In this document: piece after piece, positions 1 through 13,730 of the stretch
Layout of the letters: the number at the start of each line of letters is the position of its first letter
How positions within the stretch are numbered: position 1 is the first letter of the stretch
From: Eledone cirrhosa
Lineage: Eukaryota
Assembly (NCBI GenBank): GCA_964016885.1
Contig: OZ024759.1
Location: 4,898,001-4,962,000, forward strand
Reading direction: 5' to 3'
DNA length: 64,000 nt
The notes under the pieces: model-generated
Databases searched by the model: none
Told to the model about the DNA's origin: nothing
Seen by the model: the letters and a program-made list of their open reading frames with translations, nothing else
Position numbers and translations under genes: made by a program

Positions 1-589
1 TCGAATACCTCCCACTCATTCTTCTTGGTATTTGTTCCACTGTTAAAGAGGGAGTCGGACATTCTCCGGCTGAAATCGTGTATGGCACCGTACTCACTCT
101 ACCCGGACAAATGATCACTCCTGTTTCGCCACAAGAACTTCCAGACCCTACAAAATATGTGCACCGTTTACGGTCATCAATGTCGCATCTGTCTCCTTCA
201 GCCCCTAAACAACAGCACGTTACTTCACACATACCAAAAGACATCGATACATGTTTTCGTTAGAAATGACGATATTCCATCGCAACTTCGTCCACCGTAT
301 TCCGTCCGGGCCCTACAAGGTGATACAGAAATGCCCTAAGTATTTCGTCCTCGACTTGAACGGGAAGCGAAATACCGTCTCCATTGATCGTTTAAAAAAA
401 GCGTTCATAGAACAGGAATTGCCACCAGTACCCACCGTTTCTCCAGACTCACCAACAACTTTGCCCGACACAAACACGGCAAATATTGCACACCAAATCC
501 GGAAGAACAGTCCGATGGCCCACGCCATGGGATACGTACAAGTTTATCGGGTAAGTACAAATTATGCATCTGGTCGACATTTCGGCTAA
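1..589 (+). mobile_element. Ty3/gypsy LTR retrotransposon integrase C-terminal remnant, frameshifted and truncated by the window start
   Basis: Across frames it reads LPLILLG..STVKEGVGHSPAEIVYGTVLTLPG...GPYKVIQKCPKYFVLDLNGKRNTVSIDRLKKAF, i.e. the end of the integrase core plus the GPY/F module. Confidence 0.85.
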
Positions 590-899
590 TTTGTACATTT
601 CAACGAATCGGCCAATTTCTGTGGTCATGAACTACACACAAATCAATTAACTCTGTGCATCACCCACATCAAAAGAACAGACAAAAGAACATTTTTCTGT
701 TTCTATGAAATGAACAAACTTTTAATCAACAAACTTTTCGTACGAACATTTTCAATATTATGTAACATCACAGTACATTTTCCTGAATGTAAATTTCTTT
801 TGCTTTGCATGTTTTCTTCCATGTCTCCTGTTTGTAAATGACTTTCATGTGTTTTTTTATTTTTACTGATTTTCTTCAACAACACACCTAGTCATACCT

Positions 900-1533
900 A
901 TCTTCATTTCACATGCACCTAGATCGTTCAATCTTAACTTGTTTACGCTCAAGAGACTAACCCCTTGGGAGAGGCTAAACGCAGGTCAGAGGTGTTTACG
1001 CCTGACAGAAAATAGGTCAGAGGATATATCCATCTTTATGACTTGTTTACGCTTGGCAAACTAATCCTTGGGAGACTAACCAAAGTTTAGAGGATATATC
1101 TATCCTTCTAAATTCTACTCTTATAAAGACAGGGATTGTTTACGCCAAAAACAGAAAACAAGTGGGATACAGACAAGACAAGACGTTTTACAAGCTCTCG
1201 TCACGAAAAACCAGTCTATCACTTATTCTCACCTTCCTGGCTGATCGCTGACTCCTGCAATACAAATAAGTAAATATACTGATACGCCGCACACACGCAT
1301 TCATAGTGAGTCCAGCATTTGTACACGTATCATTCATTTCTGTTTACACGTATTATAATCGTATTCTGTGATATTTGAATTTACGTGGCTCGAAGAGCCA
1401 CCAAATTATTGTATGAATATTTTGTGTCAATTATTTTATCATTCAATATTCAAATTGAATATTGTTGTAATAAAATAAACTTTGTAACAACACTCCTGGT
1501 ATTTTTCTTTACACCGAAACCACCATACCAACA
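900..1533 (+). mobile_element. Possible 3' LTR of the gypsy remnant
   Basis: Follows the integrase, has a TATA-like TTATAAA near 1121 and AATAAA near 1470, and ends ...CCAACA. No clear polypurine tract or TG start was found. Confidence 0.25.
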
Positions 1534-1723
1534 GTTACATCCATCCATCCACTTGTCGTTACAACCACACATAATATTCCGTTACACCTCCGTCTATATT
1601 TCAACCACTGGAACAACCTCACACAAGAAACAGTTGTCGCACCCTCAGTCAACATTTTAATGTCAAACATCGAAATAAATGTTATGAGTGTATATAGATA
1701 GATGTATATTGTGTGTGTATATA

Positions 1724-1860
1724 TACAGTAATCCCCCGTTACATGGCGGATATTTCTTTGGAACGTATCTAATTTCCTATCGCGGTAATCCTCGCCACAT
1801 CGCGGATTATTCGTTAGAACATATCTATTTTCTTATCGCGGTACGTCTGAGTAAAAAGTG
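1724..1860. mobile_element. pogo/Tigger-like MITE end fragment
   Basis: TA-CAGTAATCCCCCG start with an internal repeat GTAATCCTCGCCACATCGCGG. The second terminus was not found. Confidence 0.3.
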
Positions 1861-2057
1861 TTTAAAATTTAAACTTATTAAATAAGTTTCGATGTTATTA
1901 AAGAGTATATCGTAAGGAAGGGACATCTTAAGGCTTTAATTATGAACAAATTTTTATATTTTCATTCCATTATTGTTTTACTGATTGTTTTGCTCTAATC
2001 TACTACAAACCCTTCATAGATTGGTCTCTCTGTAACATGGTTGTTTCTGGAACGTAT

Positions 2058-2250
2058 CATGGCTTAGTGGTTAAAGCATTGGGCTTGCAATCTAAAGGTT
2101 GTGAGTTCGATTCTCGGACAGGGTGTTGTGTTGTGTTGTGTCCTTGAGCAAGACACTTTATTTCACGTTACTCCAGTTTACTCAGCTGTAGAAATGAGTT
2201 GTGATGTCACTGGTGCCAAGCTATATCAGTCATAACCTTTCTCTTGGACA
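2058..2250 (+). mobile_element. tRNA-derived SINE, family A (CORE-like domain)
   Basis: A box TGGCTTAGTGG, B box GAGTTCGATTC, then GTGTCCTTGAGCAAGACACTTTATTTCAC. Other copies near 18660(+), 32525(-), 32715-33005(-), 42800(+), 43450-43725(-), 50810-52622(-) and 60695(+). Confidence 0.8.
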
Positions 2251-2295
2251 TATATATAGTGTATATATACTGTACACAGTGTATATATATCTATA

Positions 2296-3860
2296 TCATC
2301 ATCACTGTTTTACGTCCCTTCTTCCATGGTAGTATGGGTTAGACAGGTTGTCCTGTTGTGGGCAGTGCCAGATAGGGTGACCTTGTCTTGCTCAGATGGG
2401 AACCGATTTAGGCTTGATTTCCACAGCTGGATGCCCTTCCTAACACCAACCTCACAGTGAGTGATGGGTGTTTTTTTGTTGTGACACCTCCACGGCCACT
2501 TTACAGTGGGAGGGGGTGGGGCATATTGTCTATGTGCTTCAGCTTGTACCCAGGGGCTACAACACAACCTCCTCTGCTGCACACAGCATTTGATTCCTCT
2601 TATGTTCAGTCTCTCTCTCAATTTGTTAATGCTTTACCGTTCGCGTATATTACTATTACACGTCCATCGGAGCATGCAAGCTTCGTTTCTTTCTAATCTA
2701 CGCAAGTCTTCTACAGACAGTGCCCAGGTCTCACTACCATGTAGCATTGCTGTTCGTATGCACGTATCATACTGTCTGCCTTTCATTTTGAGGGAAAAGC
2801 CTTTTGCAGCTAGCAGTGGCAGTAGCTCCCTAAACTTCTTCAATCCTGTTACTGTACTTTCAGAACACCCACCTCCGCTGCTCCTTTCGCCACCTAGGTA
2901 GCAAAAGCTGTCTACTGTTTCTACAGATCTCTCCCAGAGTTTGGTGGTGCTTGTTTCTTTAGTTCTGCCATAGATTCAGCTATAAGTGTAAGATCATCCG
3001 CATATAGGAGTTCCTATGGGCATCAGGTCTTAAACTCCTCTGTTATAGCCTGCAATACTATTATAAACAGAAGAAGGTTAAGAACAGAGCCCTGGTGGAC
3101 ACCGACCTGTATGCTAGATTCCTCGCTATAGTAATTGTTAACTCTAACTTTGCTGACTGCTCCCCTATACATGGCTTGTACAGCTTTCACAAGCCACTAA
3201 TCTACTCTTAGTTTTCTAAGAGCCCACCAGATTATAGCACGGAGCACTCTGTTGAAGAATTTTTCCATATCGACAAGAGCCAGGTAGAGCGGCTTGCTTT
3301 TAGCTAGGTACTTTACCTGTAACTGCCTCACAAGGAAGAGAGCATCAGTGGTGCTTTTTCCTGGCACAAGCCCAAACTGCATCTCACCTAGTTTTACCCA
3401 CTCCCTGATCAACTGTGCTATGACTCTTTCGATTACTTTCATGACCTGGTCCATCAGCTTTATATCTCTATAGTTTATTCTATCTAGTGCATCTACTTTA
3501 CCCTTGTAGCAGTTGACGATGATGCTGCTGCACCAATCCTTTGGTATGACACCCTCTAGTATTACCTGGTTAACAATATGTGTGGTTATTACTTTATCTA
3601 CCCATTTGTCAGCTAATAGTATACCTACACCACCCATCCCATTGTCATTTCCCACCCGGAAAAATTTATAGCACTAACTTTTGCCTACAAGGACTCTAGC
3701 GAACTCTCCTCTCCACCTAGTCTCTTGCACACAGCATACGTCAATATCCTTTCACTCTAGCATGTCTATAATTTCTCCTTCCCTTCCTTTCATTGTGCTT
3801 ATGTTGATGCTGCCAACTCAGAGTTTTGAACATTTGCCATCATTTGTGGGAAAAGGTGAA
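2296..3860 (-). mobile_element. RTE-clade LINE, internally deleted copy of the 37191-39673 family
   Basis: RT fragments MQFGLVPGKSTTDALFLVRQLQ and KGRQYDTCIRTAMLHGSETW; endonuclease start near 3600-3850; (GAT)n tail near 2296. Confidence 0.9.
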
Positions 3861-4015
3861 TTTTTGCAGGGGAGTGTGTATGCTTCCTGTCTCTGAATTA
3901 AAGCTTTGCATGGGTGCTTGGTAACTCGCAGATTCATATTCATTTATTTATTCGGGGTTGTTCCATTTATCCTTCGCTCCTCCATACATAACGGTGAACA
4001 AGAATTCTTTGGTGC

Positions 4016-4462
4016 AGGGCTAGAAGGACAGTAGTAGTAATGGCAGAGTTTGTTGGGGCTGGTAAGGGCTAGAAGGACAGTAGTAGTAATGGCAGTGTTT
4101 GTTGGGGCTGGTAAGGGCTAGAAGGACAGTAGTAGTAATGACAGAGTTTGTTGGGGCTGGTAAGGGCTAGAAGGACAGTAGTAGTAATGACAGAGTTTGT
4201 TGGGGCTGGTAAGGGCTAGAAGGACAGTAGTAGTAATGGCAGAGTTTGTTGGGGCTGGTAACGGCTAGAAGCACAGTAGTAGTAATGACAGAGTTTGTTG
4301 GGGGCTGGTAACGGCTAGAAGGACAGTAGTAGTAATGGCAGAGTTTGTTGGGGCTGGTAACGGCTAGAAGGACAGTAGTAGTAATGGCAGAGTTTGTTGG
4401 GGCTGGTAACGGCTAGAAGGACAGTAGTAGTAATGGCAGAGTTTGTTGGGGCTGGTAATGGG
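4016..4462. repeat. 49-bp minisatellite, about 9 copies
   Basis: Unit GGCTAGAAGGACAGTAGTAGTAATGGCAGAGTTTGTTGGGGCTGGTAAG. Confidence 0.95.
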
Positions 4463-5358
4463 TAAGGACATGTTGCTGTGATTTGATTGGTCAAATAGCC
4501 AATGGTAGTGAGTGGGAAATTGTGAGATAGGTAGCCATCATGACATATATCATCACAGGAGATTCGGGGGAAATAAGCAGATATAAGTAGGCTTATTAGA
4601 CAAGGCAAGTATGCAAGAATTTCGAAGATTGTCGCCTAGCTTTGAGAGAAAGGAGAGGTAATTGCAGGGGTTAGGGATGAGTTTGTAGAGAAAGACACAA
4701 TGTCCAACATAGTTTATATCAAAAACAAGGTCGAAGTATATACATTGTGGAAACAAGTCAATGATAATAATAATAATAATGTAAACAGAACATTTTGAAA
4801 TTGGGGAAGAGAGATAGCTGTAGAATAGAAATAATCTATGAAAGTCTGGGATATAAGTTATATATATATGTTGTGATGTCACTTGTGCCAAGCTGTATCA
4901 GCCATTGCCTTTCCCTTGGACAACATATATAGCGTATAATATATATTGTACACATCGTATATATACTATATATATTGTGTATATATACTGTAGACAGTGT
5001 ATATATGATATATATATAGTATATATATATGTAGTGATGTAACTGGTACCAAGCTGTATCAGCCATTACCTTTCCCTTGGACAACATCGGTGGCGTGGAG
5101 AGGGTAGACTGGTATACTTGGGTGACTGCTGGTCTTCCTCAAACAACTGGACTTGTGCCTCAGAAGGGAACTTTCTAGTTGCAAATCACATGGTCATTCT
5201 TGACCGACAGAGGTCTTCGATATGTTAGGTGTGTATATATAGATGTGTATTGATGTCCATGTGGGAGTCATTGATACCAATGCTAGGGATGGCTGGTCTT
5301 CTATATTACTGTATAACACCAAAGATCTCGATCCTGTGTCATTGTCTTAGAGAAGTGC

Positions 5359-6765
5359 AATTGTGTGAGGTCAGCTGTTATCACCTCATCCCAGGTCTTC
5401 CTACTTCATATCTTCCATCAATTGTGTGAGGTCAGCTTTTATCACCTCATCCCAGGTCTTCCTACTCCATAGCTTCCATCAATTGTGTCAGGTCAGCTAT
5501 TATCACCTCATCCTAGGTCTTCCTACTTCATAGCTTCCATCAATTGTGTGAGGTCAGCTTTTATCACCTCATCCCAGGTCTTCCTACTTCATAGCTTCCA
5601 TCAATTGTGTCAGGTCAGCTGTTATCAACCCATCCCAGGTCTTCCTTCTCTATAGCTTCCATCAATTGTGTCAGGTCAGCTTTTATCACCTCATCCCAGG
5701 TCTTCCTACTTCATAGCTTCCATCAATTGTGTCAGGTCAGCTTTTATCACCTCATCCCAGGTCTTCCTACTTCATAGCTTCCATCAATTGTGTCAGGTCA
5801 GCTATTATCACCTCATCCCAGGTCTTCCTACTTCATAGCTTCCATCAATTGTGTCAGGTCAGCTTTTATCACCTCATCCCAGGTCTTCCTACTTCATAGC
5901 TTCCATCAATTGTGTCAGGTCAGCTTTTATCACCTCATCCCAGGTCTTCCTACTTCATAGCTTCCATCAATTGTGTCAGGTCAGCTTTTATCACCTCATC
6001 CCAGGTCTTCCTACTTCATAGCTTCCATCAATTGTGTCAGGTCAGCTATTATCACCTCATCCCAGGTCTTCCTACTTCGTAGCTTCCATCAATTGTGTCA
6101 GGTCAGCTTTTATCACCTCATCCCAGGTCTTCCTACTTCATAGCTTCCATCAATTGTGTAAGGTCAGCTTTTATCACCTCATCCCAGGTCTTCCTACTTC
6201 ATAGCTTCCATCAATTGTGTCAGGTCAGCTTTTATCACCTCATCCCAGGTCTTCCTACTCTATAGCTTCCATCAATTGTGTAAAGTCAGCTTTTATCACC
6301 TCATCCCAGGTCTTCCTACTTCATAGCTTCCATCAATTGTGTCAGGTCAGCTTTTATCACCTCAAACTAGGTCTTCCTACTCCATAGCTTCCATCAATTG
6401 TGTGAGGTCAGCTTTTATCACCTCAAACCAGGTCTTTTTACTCCATAGGTTCCATCAATTGTGTAAGGTCAGCTTTTATCACCTCATCCCAAGTCTTCCT
6501 ACTTCATTGCTTCCATCAATTGTGTCAGGTCAGCTTTTATCACCTCATCCCAGGTCTTCCTACTTCATAGCTTCCATCAATTGTGTCAGGTCAGCTATTA
6601 TCACCTCATCCCAGGTCTTCCTACTTCATAGCTTCCATCAATTGTGTCAGGTCAGCTATTATCACCTCATCCCAGGTCTTCCTACTTCATTGCTTCCATC
6701 AATTGTGTCAGGTCAGCTATTATCACCTCATCCCAGGTCTTCCTACTTCATAGCTTCCATCAATT
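5359..6765 (-). repeat. 61-bp tandem array, about 23 copies, derived from the RTE ORF 3' end
   Basis: Minus-strand unit contains GACCTGGGATGAGGTGATAAAAGCTGACCTGACACAATT, matching the RTE at about 39242-39280. The flank 5300-5360 continues the LINE. Confidence 0.9.
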
Positions 6766-6863
6766 TTATAAAATGCTTGAAAACAACTTAGAAAAAATGT
6801 TACTCAAAATCAAAATTTAATCCCAAAGAGAGGAAATTGGAACATTATCCACTGAAAGTTGCT

Positions 6864-7340
6864 TAACCCTTTAGTGTCCAAACCAGCCAAAACTGGCCAG
6901 AATTCTCTACCTCTTTCTGTTGAAACTGGCTGTAACTGGTCGCTCAGACTGATGTTAAGGTATTGTTCTCAAAATAAATACTTTCAAAATCTGATAGATT
7001 CAATATTATGTGAGATAAAGCCTTTACCATGAAAATATAATAGTATATATAAAATAATGTGAATGCTAAAGGGTTAACCCTTTAACATTTAAACCGGCAA
7101 TAACTGGCCAGAGTTCTGTCCTCTTTTTCTTTTTAAACCACTCGTAACTGGCCACTCATACTGATGTTAAAGTATTGTTCTCAATATAAATAATATCAGA
7201 TTCGATATTATGTGAGGTAAAGACTTTACCATGGAAATATAATAGTATATATAGAGTAATGTAAATGTTATGTGAGATAAAGACATTACCATGGAAATAT
7301 AATAGTATATATAGAATAATGTAAATGTTAAAGGCTTAAA
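6864..7340. mobile_element. Two adjacent piggyBac-type MITEs of about 220 bp
   Basis: TTAA-CCCTTTAG...CTAAAGGG-TTAA termini. Same family at about 36995, 37166-39877, 45143-45386, 53896-54124, 59536, 59849-60176 and 61570-61799. Confidence 0.75.
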
Positions 7341-7342
7341 CC

Positions 7343-7376
7343 CTGAAGAAAGGACTTTTAGGTCCCGAAATATTGG
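7343..7376 (+). other. Degenerate Penelope-type minimal hammerhead motif
   Basis: CTGAAGA-AA-GGAC-TTTTAG-GTCC-C-GAAA-TATTGG, with a mismatched stem II closing pair and an eroded stem III. Confidence 0.4.
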
Positions 7377-8815
7377 ACAGATAAAAGAACAACAACAAAA
7401 AAACAAAACAAAGATTACCAGGTAACTTTTACTTTTCCTTACCTCATCTTATTGTCCATTTTGCATTGTTTAGCCTTCTATCTCTTTCAACGTTATATTT
7501 TATATAGAATGCTTCAAACAAACTACAACATTTAATTATATATCATCATCATCATCTTCAATTAACGTCCATCTTCCACACTAGCATGTGTTAGACGGGT
7601 CCCATTTAGAGGCAAGTGTGGGCTGGATGCTTTTTTGCTGTCTTCTACACGTTCAGTGTGGGTGAGATATATATATATGTGTATGTATATATCATCACCA
7701 TTTAGCGTCCATTTTTCCATTCTTGCATGGGTTAGACGGGTCATTCACACCAGGAGGCAAGTCTGGCCAGGGTTGGCCATGTGTCGCACCTTGCTCAGGT
7801 GAGGTCTGTAAATTTGGTGGGGTATTTTACAGCTGGATTCCCTTCCTAACATCAACCATGTTTACAGTGTGGAACTGGATGGCTCTGTTATGAGGAGGGA
7901 CAGGCCAGTTGGCTGCACTGAACTCATCTCACAGTGGAACTATAATTTTGGGGGGCCTGGTACTGGGTGGCACCATTGAGGAGGGGGTAGCCAGTCAGCT
8001 GCTCCAAACTCATCTCACGAGGTTACCACAGTTTTGGGGCCCTGTACTAGGGGCTATAGTGATGGTGTAGCTAGTTTATATGAATAAGTAAATCTGACGC
8101 AGGTATATTTCTACAGTTTACCAATGTACCGTACTTACTGGCGCCAATGACGACCAATTTTTGAAAAAAAATAATAATCAACCTTCGGCCTCCAGGACAT
8201 ATGGTAGATATTTTGGACTTATATTAGGGAAAAAGTAATGTCTTTGATGCTAGGAAATATGGTGAAAATTTAAAATTTCCACTGTTAAATCTATCCCTGC
8301 ATTTTAAGTATTCTCTATTATCTCATACTGTTACTTTCTTATAAGTCCTATAAGAATGCAATTTTTGCTAAACTGCCATAGAGCAGACCTCTGAAGTGAT
8401 AGAAGGATATAATTTATAGAGCATGCTGGAATACCACTGCTTACATTGGAGAGAATTTCTCTGGACAGAATGTTGATATCTACAGTTTACCAATATAGAA
8501 ATATAACATTTCCACTGTTAAATCTATCTCTGCTTCTAAAGTATTCTCTATTATCTCATACTGTTTCTTTCTTATTTCAGAATATCAGATGACATTGGGA
8601 TAAATTATTATTTTCAATCTTGGATACATCATCTCTATTTATCATCATTTGAAGACTAAAACCTTCTAAACAGAACTTATATAACACTGTTTATATAAAT
8701 CTATAGTTCAATTACTGTGAAATATTTCCTCAAAACTGAGTTTATTTTCTTCACTATAAGATGGTTTTGTATTTTAACTAAACTTGGATGAAACAGAAGT
8801 TTGTATTATCTTCAG

Positions 8816-9660
8816 ATATTAACTGAAATCACAGTTGAGGGAAATATAGAAGAATATTTTATAAGAAATATAATATAAAAAATATTACAAGAAAAACATC
8901 TGTATATTCTGTTGAAGAAGAAATCATTATGCCAAATAAATTGACAAAGAAGATTAAATGTGTAACACAATCTAAAGTGTTTAGTATTGCTGGTGAGATG
9001 ACAAAGGTTAGAGAAGAGAAGCCATATCACTGTGATATCTGTGATAAATCATTCTCTCAAAGTGGTACCTTAACTACTCACAAACGTATACATACAGGAG
9101 ACAAGCCATATCACTGTGATATCTGTGGTATATCATTCTCTGGGAAAAGTAGCCTAACTACTCACAAATGTATACATGCAGAAGAGAAATCATAATGCAT
9201 TGACATCAGTGATAAATCCTTCTCTCAAATTTGTGAATTAATGAGAATACAAATACATATCATTGTAACATCTTAGGGAAATCCTTCTCTTTGAATGTTA
9301 CATTAACTATACACACACATATACATACAGCTGGGAAGCCATATCACTTTGATATATTTGGTACATCATTCTCTAAATGTTGTGGCTTCACTAGACACCA
9401 ACATCTACAGGAGAGGAACCATATCACTGTGATGTCTGTGATAAATCCTTCTCTAAATGTTGTGGTTTCACTAGACACCAACATATACATACAGGAGAGG
9501 AACCATATCACTGTGATGTCTGTGATAAATCCTTCTCTAAATGTTGTGGTTTAATTAGACACTAACATATACAGGAGAGGAACTATATCACTGTGATGTC
9601 TGTGGTACATCTTTCTCTTATAAAGATTACTTAATGCAACACAATTAGATAAAAACCATG
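8816..9660 (+). pseudogene. C2H2 zinc-finger (Kruppel-type tandem array) pseudogene
   Basis: Acceptor TTATCTTCAG ends at 8815. ORF 8929-9195 has two fingers ([32 protein letters not shown]), followed by about 5 fingers broken by stops and frameshifts. Confidence 0.9.
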
Positions 9661-9749
9661 TCACTCACCTAAAATAGTGCCATCAATGTTGTTAATATTT
9701 TGAATAAACCTGTTTTACTAAGAAATTCTCCTTTCATTTTATGTCTGTA

Positions 9750-10110
9750 TAAACACAGTCTTCTCTCTTACACACCACTTCAGCTCACTCTTAAACCCAG
9801 CTTCTTCTTCAACTTGTCCAAGCTCTCCCTTTCTCTCACACTTACACAACATATCCTACAAAGCATGGTTGTTTCATATCTCTCCAGTCTACATAACCTC
9901 TGCAGTCACAGCCCTTATTTCGTTACCATGCATCATTGCATATCACCCACATGTGTCATACAGTTGTCCTTTTGTACAGAGAGAGAGAAACTTTTTGTGG
10001 TCAACTGTTGCAGTAGCTCTCTAAACTTTTTCCATCCTATCCTTATTCTAGCTATACAACTTTCAGAGCAGCCCCCTCCACTTCTAATTAACTCACCTAG
10101 ATTGCAAAAT
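9750..10110 (-). mobile_element. RTE LINE RT C-terminal fragment
   Basis: SGGGCSESCIARIRIGWKKFRELL. Confidence 0.85.
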
Positions 10111-10354
10111 ATATTTGTCAGCATACTTTATGAAGGGTCTGTTTGGAAGTGCCTCGCCTAATAAACAATGGTGCCATAACTGGACTCAGAAACCAATGGT
10201 CACACATACATGGTAAGTTAGCTAAGAACGTAGGTTTTACATTGGTTCACTGCGCTGGAGAAGTAAGCAGCAATCACGTTTAGGAGACAAGCTCTATCAA
10301 ATATTTAAAGGGTTCCATAGAAGCAGTTGACAGTTTCTGTTACCTGGGGTATCA

Positions 10355-10865
10355 AATAAGCAGTGGAGGTAGGTGTTCTGAAAGTACAGTAACAAGAGTA
10401 AGAACAAGATGGCAGAGGTTTAGGGTGTTACTACTGCTGCTAGCTACAAAAGGTTGTTTCACCAAATTGATGTGTGCATATAAACAGCAATGCTGCATTG
10501 CAGTGAGGACCCCAGAAGATTGGATAGAAATGAAGCTTGAATTCTCCGATGGATGTGTAATATTAATATACATGAAGGGGAAAGTGTTAATAACCTGAGA
10601 GAGAACCTGGGCATGAGAGGGAAAAGATACAGTATGCAGGAGAGGAGATTGCTGTGGTATGGACATGTGATGTGTATGAAGGTAGAGATGCTGTATAAAA
10701 GGTTGACCACTTGAAATTGATGGAAGAGGAAGACCTAGGAATGCTTGGGATGTGGAGGTAAAAACTGACCTGACACCATTGTACCTCTCAAAGGTGATGA
10801 CACAGGATTGAAATCTCTGGCGTTATACAGTACTGCAGGAGACCTGCATTCCCATGTGCACGGGT
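10355..10865 (+). mobile_element. RTE LINE 3' fragment
   Basis: Nucleotide similarity to 38810-39360 (GGTGTTCTGAAAGTACAGTAACAAGAGTAAGAAC; TGGTATGGACATGTGATG). Confidence 0.85.
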
Positions 10866-12418
10866 TGACACAACATTTAGTGGTTTGAAGTATGCTCCAA
10901 TTTTCCTCCCCTTCACATCTTAACACTCCACCCCCTTACCAGCTAAGTACACCACCCTGACCTACCTCTCCAATCCCCACTCTACATACACACAACCCCA
11001 CCCCCACTTTCACATCTGATACACCTCTCTTGACCAACCCATGTATACAAGTAAGGAAAGCTTAACATTATCTCCTCCAATGCTGCTGAAATGGCTAAAA
11101 GCCCTCAGGCAACCCTGTAAGGTGGTCATGCAAGTGTCATGACAAAAGAGCACCAAGTCCTCTCTGTTAGGTAACATGACAAAAGAACACCTAACCCTCC
11201 CTGCAAGGTAGTCATGCTGATGACATGACAAATAAGCACCCAGTCCACCCTGTGAGGTAGACATGACAGAAGGCCCCTAGCCCACTCTGTAAAGTAGTCA
11301 TGCTAGTGGCAAGACTGAAGGGACCCGAAGCACCCTTCAAAGTGATCAAATTGGTGACATGACTTGACACCATTTTTTAGTTTACTTCTAAAATATCTCA
11401 TTTTTATTTTACTTCTAAAATATCTCATATATTTAAAAATTACTTATTTTAAAAAATTATTATTTATTTCTTAAAAAAATTACTTTTTAAAGATTATTTA
11501 AAATTTTTTTATATTTTTTAATATTTTTTAAATATTTTTAAACATTTTAAATAGTTTAAGTACTTTTTAAGTATTTTATTTTGTTAAAAGGGTTTTTTGA
11601 GTATCTTCTGAGATTAAAAAAAAATTTTTTTTTATTTTTCCAGAAATGTTTTCCAGAACTTTTAATATTTTAATATTTTAAATATTTTTTAATTATTTAA
11701 TATTAGAGTTATAACCAATAACTAATTCTGGCTATATATATCTTTCAACATTTATATCTTCGTCAAAATGGTCTCTTACTAACTAATAAATAAACAAAGC
11801 TGGGTTTTTCAGTATCTTCCTAATTTAAAACATTAAAAACATATAAATAATCTTATTAACTCAGTTAATTTAATTACTTACACTAAATATAAACCAGTAT
11901 CCCTCATAACTTATTAAAACAATTATCTATAACATGATATAGCCATTTATCCACTCATATATCTATTCTTCTATCTATTGATTCTCCTATTTTCTACTTT
12001 ATATCTATTTATTTTCAATTTATTATTCAATGTCTTTATATATATTTATTTTTTCTATATATCTATTTTTCTATATACTTATAATAGTAAATATTATATT
12101 GTATTATATTAGAATTCTAACAATAATTAGTAAATATACGTAACATTAATATAAACGTAATACTTATTTACGTTACATGAGTTCATCCTCTATAAATGTC
12201 TTTCTTCTCTCTATCTCTCTATCTATCTCATAACAGTAATTTTTTTCTCTCTCTTTCTTCTCTTTCTTCCCTATCTTTCCCCAGCGTAATTTAAATAAAC
12301 GGTTGTTTTTTCAATTTTTCATACATTCATTTGCATATTCACACATAACTTTGAATTACCCCTAATAAGTTTCCCCTATCCAGCGAATTTCCGACCGTTA
12401 TTTATAAAACAAATTTTG

Positions 12419-12483
12419 TATTTTATCTGATGAAAGAGCACCAAGATTGACTTGGTCGCCCTTGAAATATATATAATAAAATA
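12419..12483 (+). ncRNA. Candidate minimal type I hammerhead ribozyme, copy 1
   Basis: Stem I TATTTTAT/ATAAAATA; core CTGATGA 12427-12433; stem II AAG..ACCAAG-ATTGA-CTTGGT..CTT; GAAA 12464-12467; short palindromic stem III; AUA cleavage triplet ending at 12475. Confidence 0.7.
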
Positions 12484-13597
12484 AATATGCAAAAGTTCTA
12501 TTTAAATTGTTGGGATACAACAAGCAAATATGTTTATAACTGATATAAAGCACTCAACAAGTATTTGGAATAAACATACGATATTAACAATCCTTTTGTA
12601 TTTTATGTACTCAATTATACGATGTACTATATTGATTTATACTTCTCTCTATATGTGAGTATATATGTATATGTGTATATTGACATACATGTACATGTGT
12701 TCTATGCATTTTTATGAATATATGTCTGTCTGTATGTATGCATGCGTGACGCGAATCTACCAATTGGCCGAGGATGCACACACATGTATATATATGTATA
12801 TGTAAGAATTGTGTGTGTACATGTACATGTATACCCATACAATTTGATTGCAGATAGACATAACTAACAGCCATAAATGCATAACAGCTAATCTTATATA
12901 TTTATATATATATATTAAAAAAAATTTGTTATAAAAAATATTTTATTTAATAACACAAAGGATGGATAACATTAAATTAAAAATTCATTTATGCTTTGTA
13001 TGTATATATTATATACGTGGTTAGATATGGTGTGTATTTTGTGAGTGTGTGTATATATATATATTTATGTGTATTTTTGCGTGTGTGTACGTGTTATATG
13101 ATATGTAGTTCTCTAGCAATATATAGATTTCTTAATGTTTAGATTCCAATTTTTAATATATTGATCTCAATTTTTAAACTAAATATCTAATCATAGTTAA
13201 ACAATGATTAATTTCTCATATTATGTATGTATATTCCATTCATGATTATTAATATTTCTAATTTTATTTATTCATTTCATCTCAATTGTTAAGTTAACTT
13301 AATATGACATGACTTAATGTGTTCATTCTTTCCCCCTCTCTCTATCTCTATATTTTTGTCTCTGTCTGGTGTTTTGATATATCTCTCTCGTTTTTCTCTC
13401 CTTTTTCTTTTTTCTTGTTTTCTTTCTTTCTTTCTCCCTTTTCTCTCTCTCCGTCCTTTTCCTTATCTGTAACACAACGACTTATTTTAAAAATACTAAT
13501 ATAAGTAAACAACTCCACTATCCCTGAGTCTTCCAAAAGTAACGGTTGCATTTTGTAAGGGTATGTCAATATTTATTTATAAAACTGTTATATATTG

Positions 13598-13662
13598 TAT
13601 TTTGTCTGATGAAAGCATACCATAATTTAACATGGTATCCTTGAAATATGTATAATGAAATA
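13598..13662 (+). ncRNA. Candidate minimal type I hammerhead ribozyme, copy 2
   Basis: Stem I TATTTTGT/ATGAAATA (two G-U pairs); CTGATGA 13606-13612; stem II AAG-C-ATACCAT/ATGGTAT-C-CTT; GAAA 13643-13646; AUA triplet ending at 13654. Confidence 0.7.
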
Positions 13663-13730
13663 GATATGGTTTTATAAATATAGTTTCCATTTGTTAATAT
13701 CGTATAATAAAATAAATATAGTTTTATAAA

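Noticed and set aside
5359-6765. Regular arrays superficially like CRISPR
   Set aside because: No unique spacers, eukaryotic context and no cas genes. The same applies to all arrays in the window.
11740-11830. Possible Penelope GIY-YIG C-terminal remnant (STFISSS...INKAGFFSI)
   Set aside because: Too short and stop-ridden to call by eye, though worth a profile search given the downstream hammerheads.
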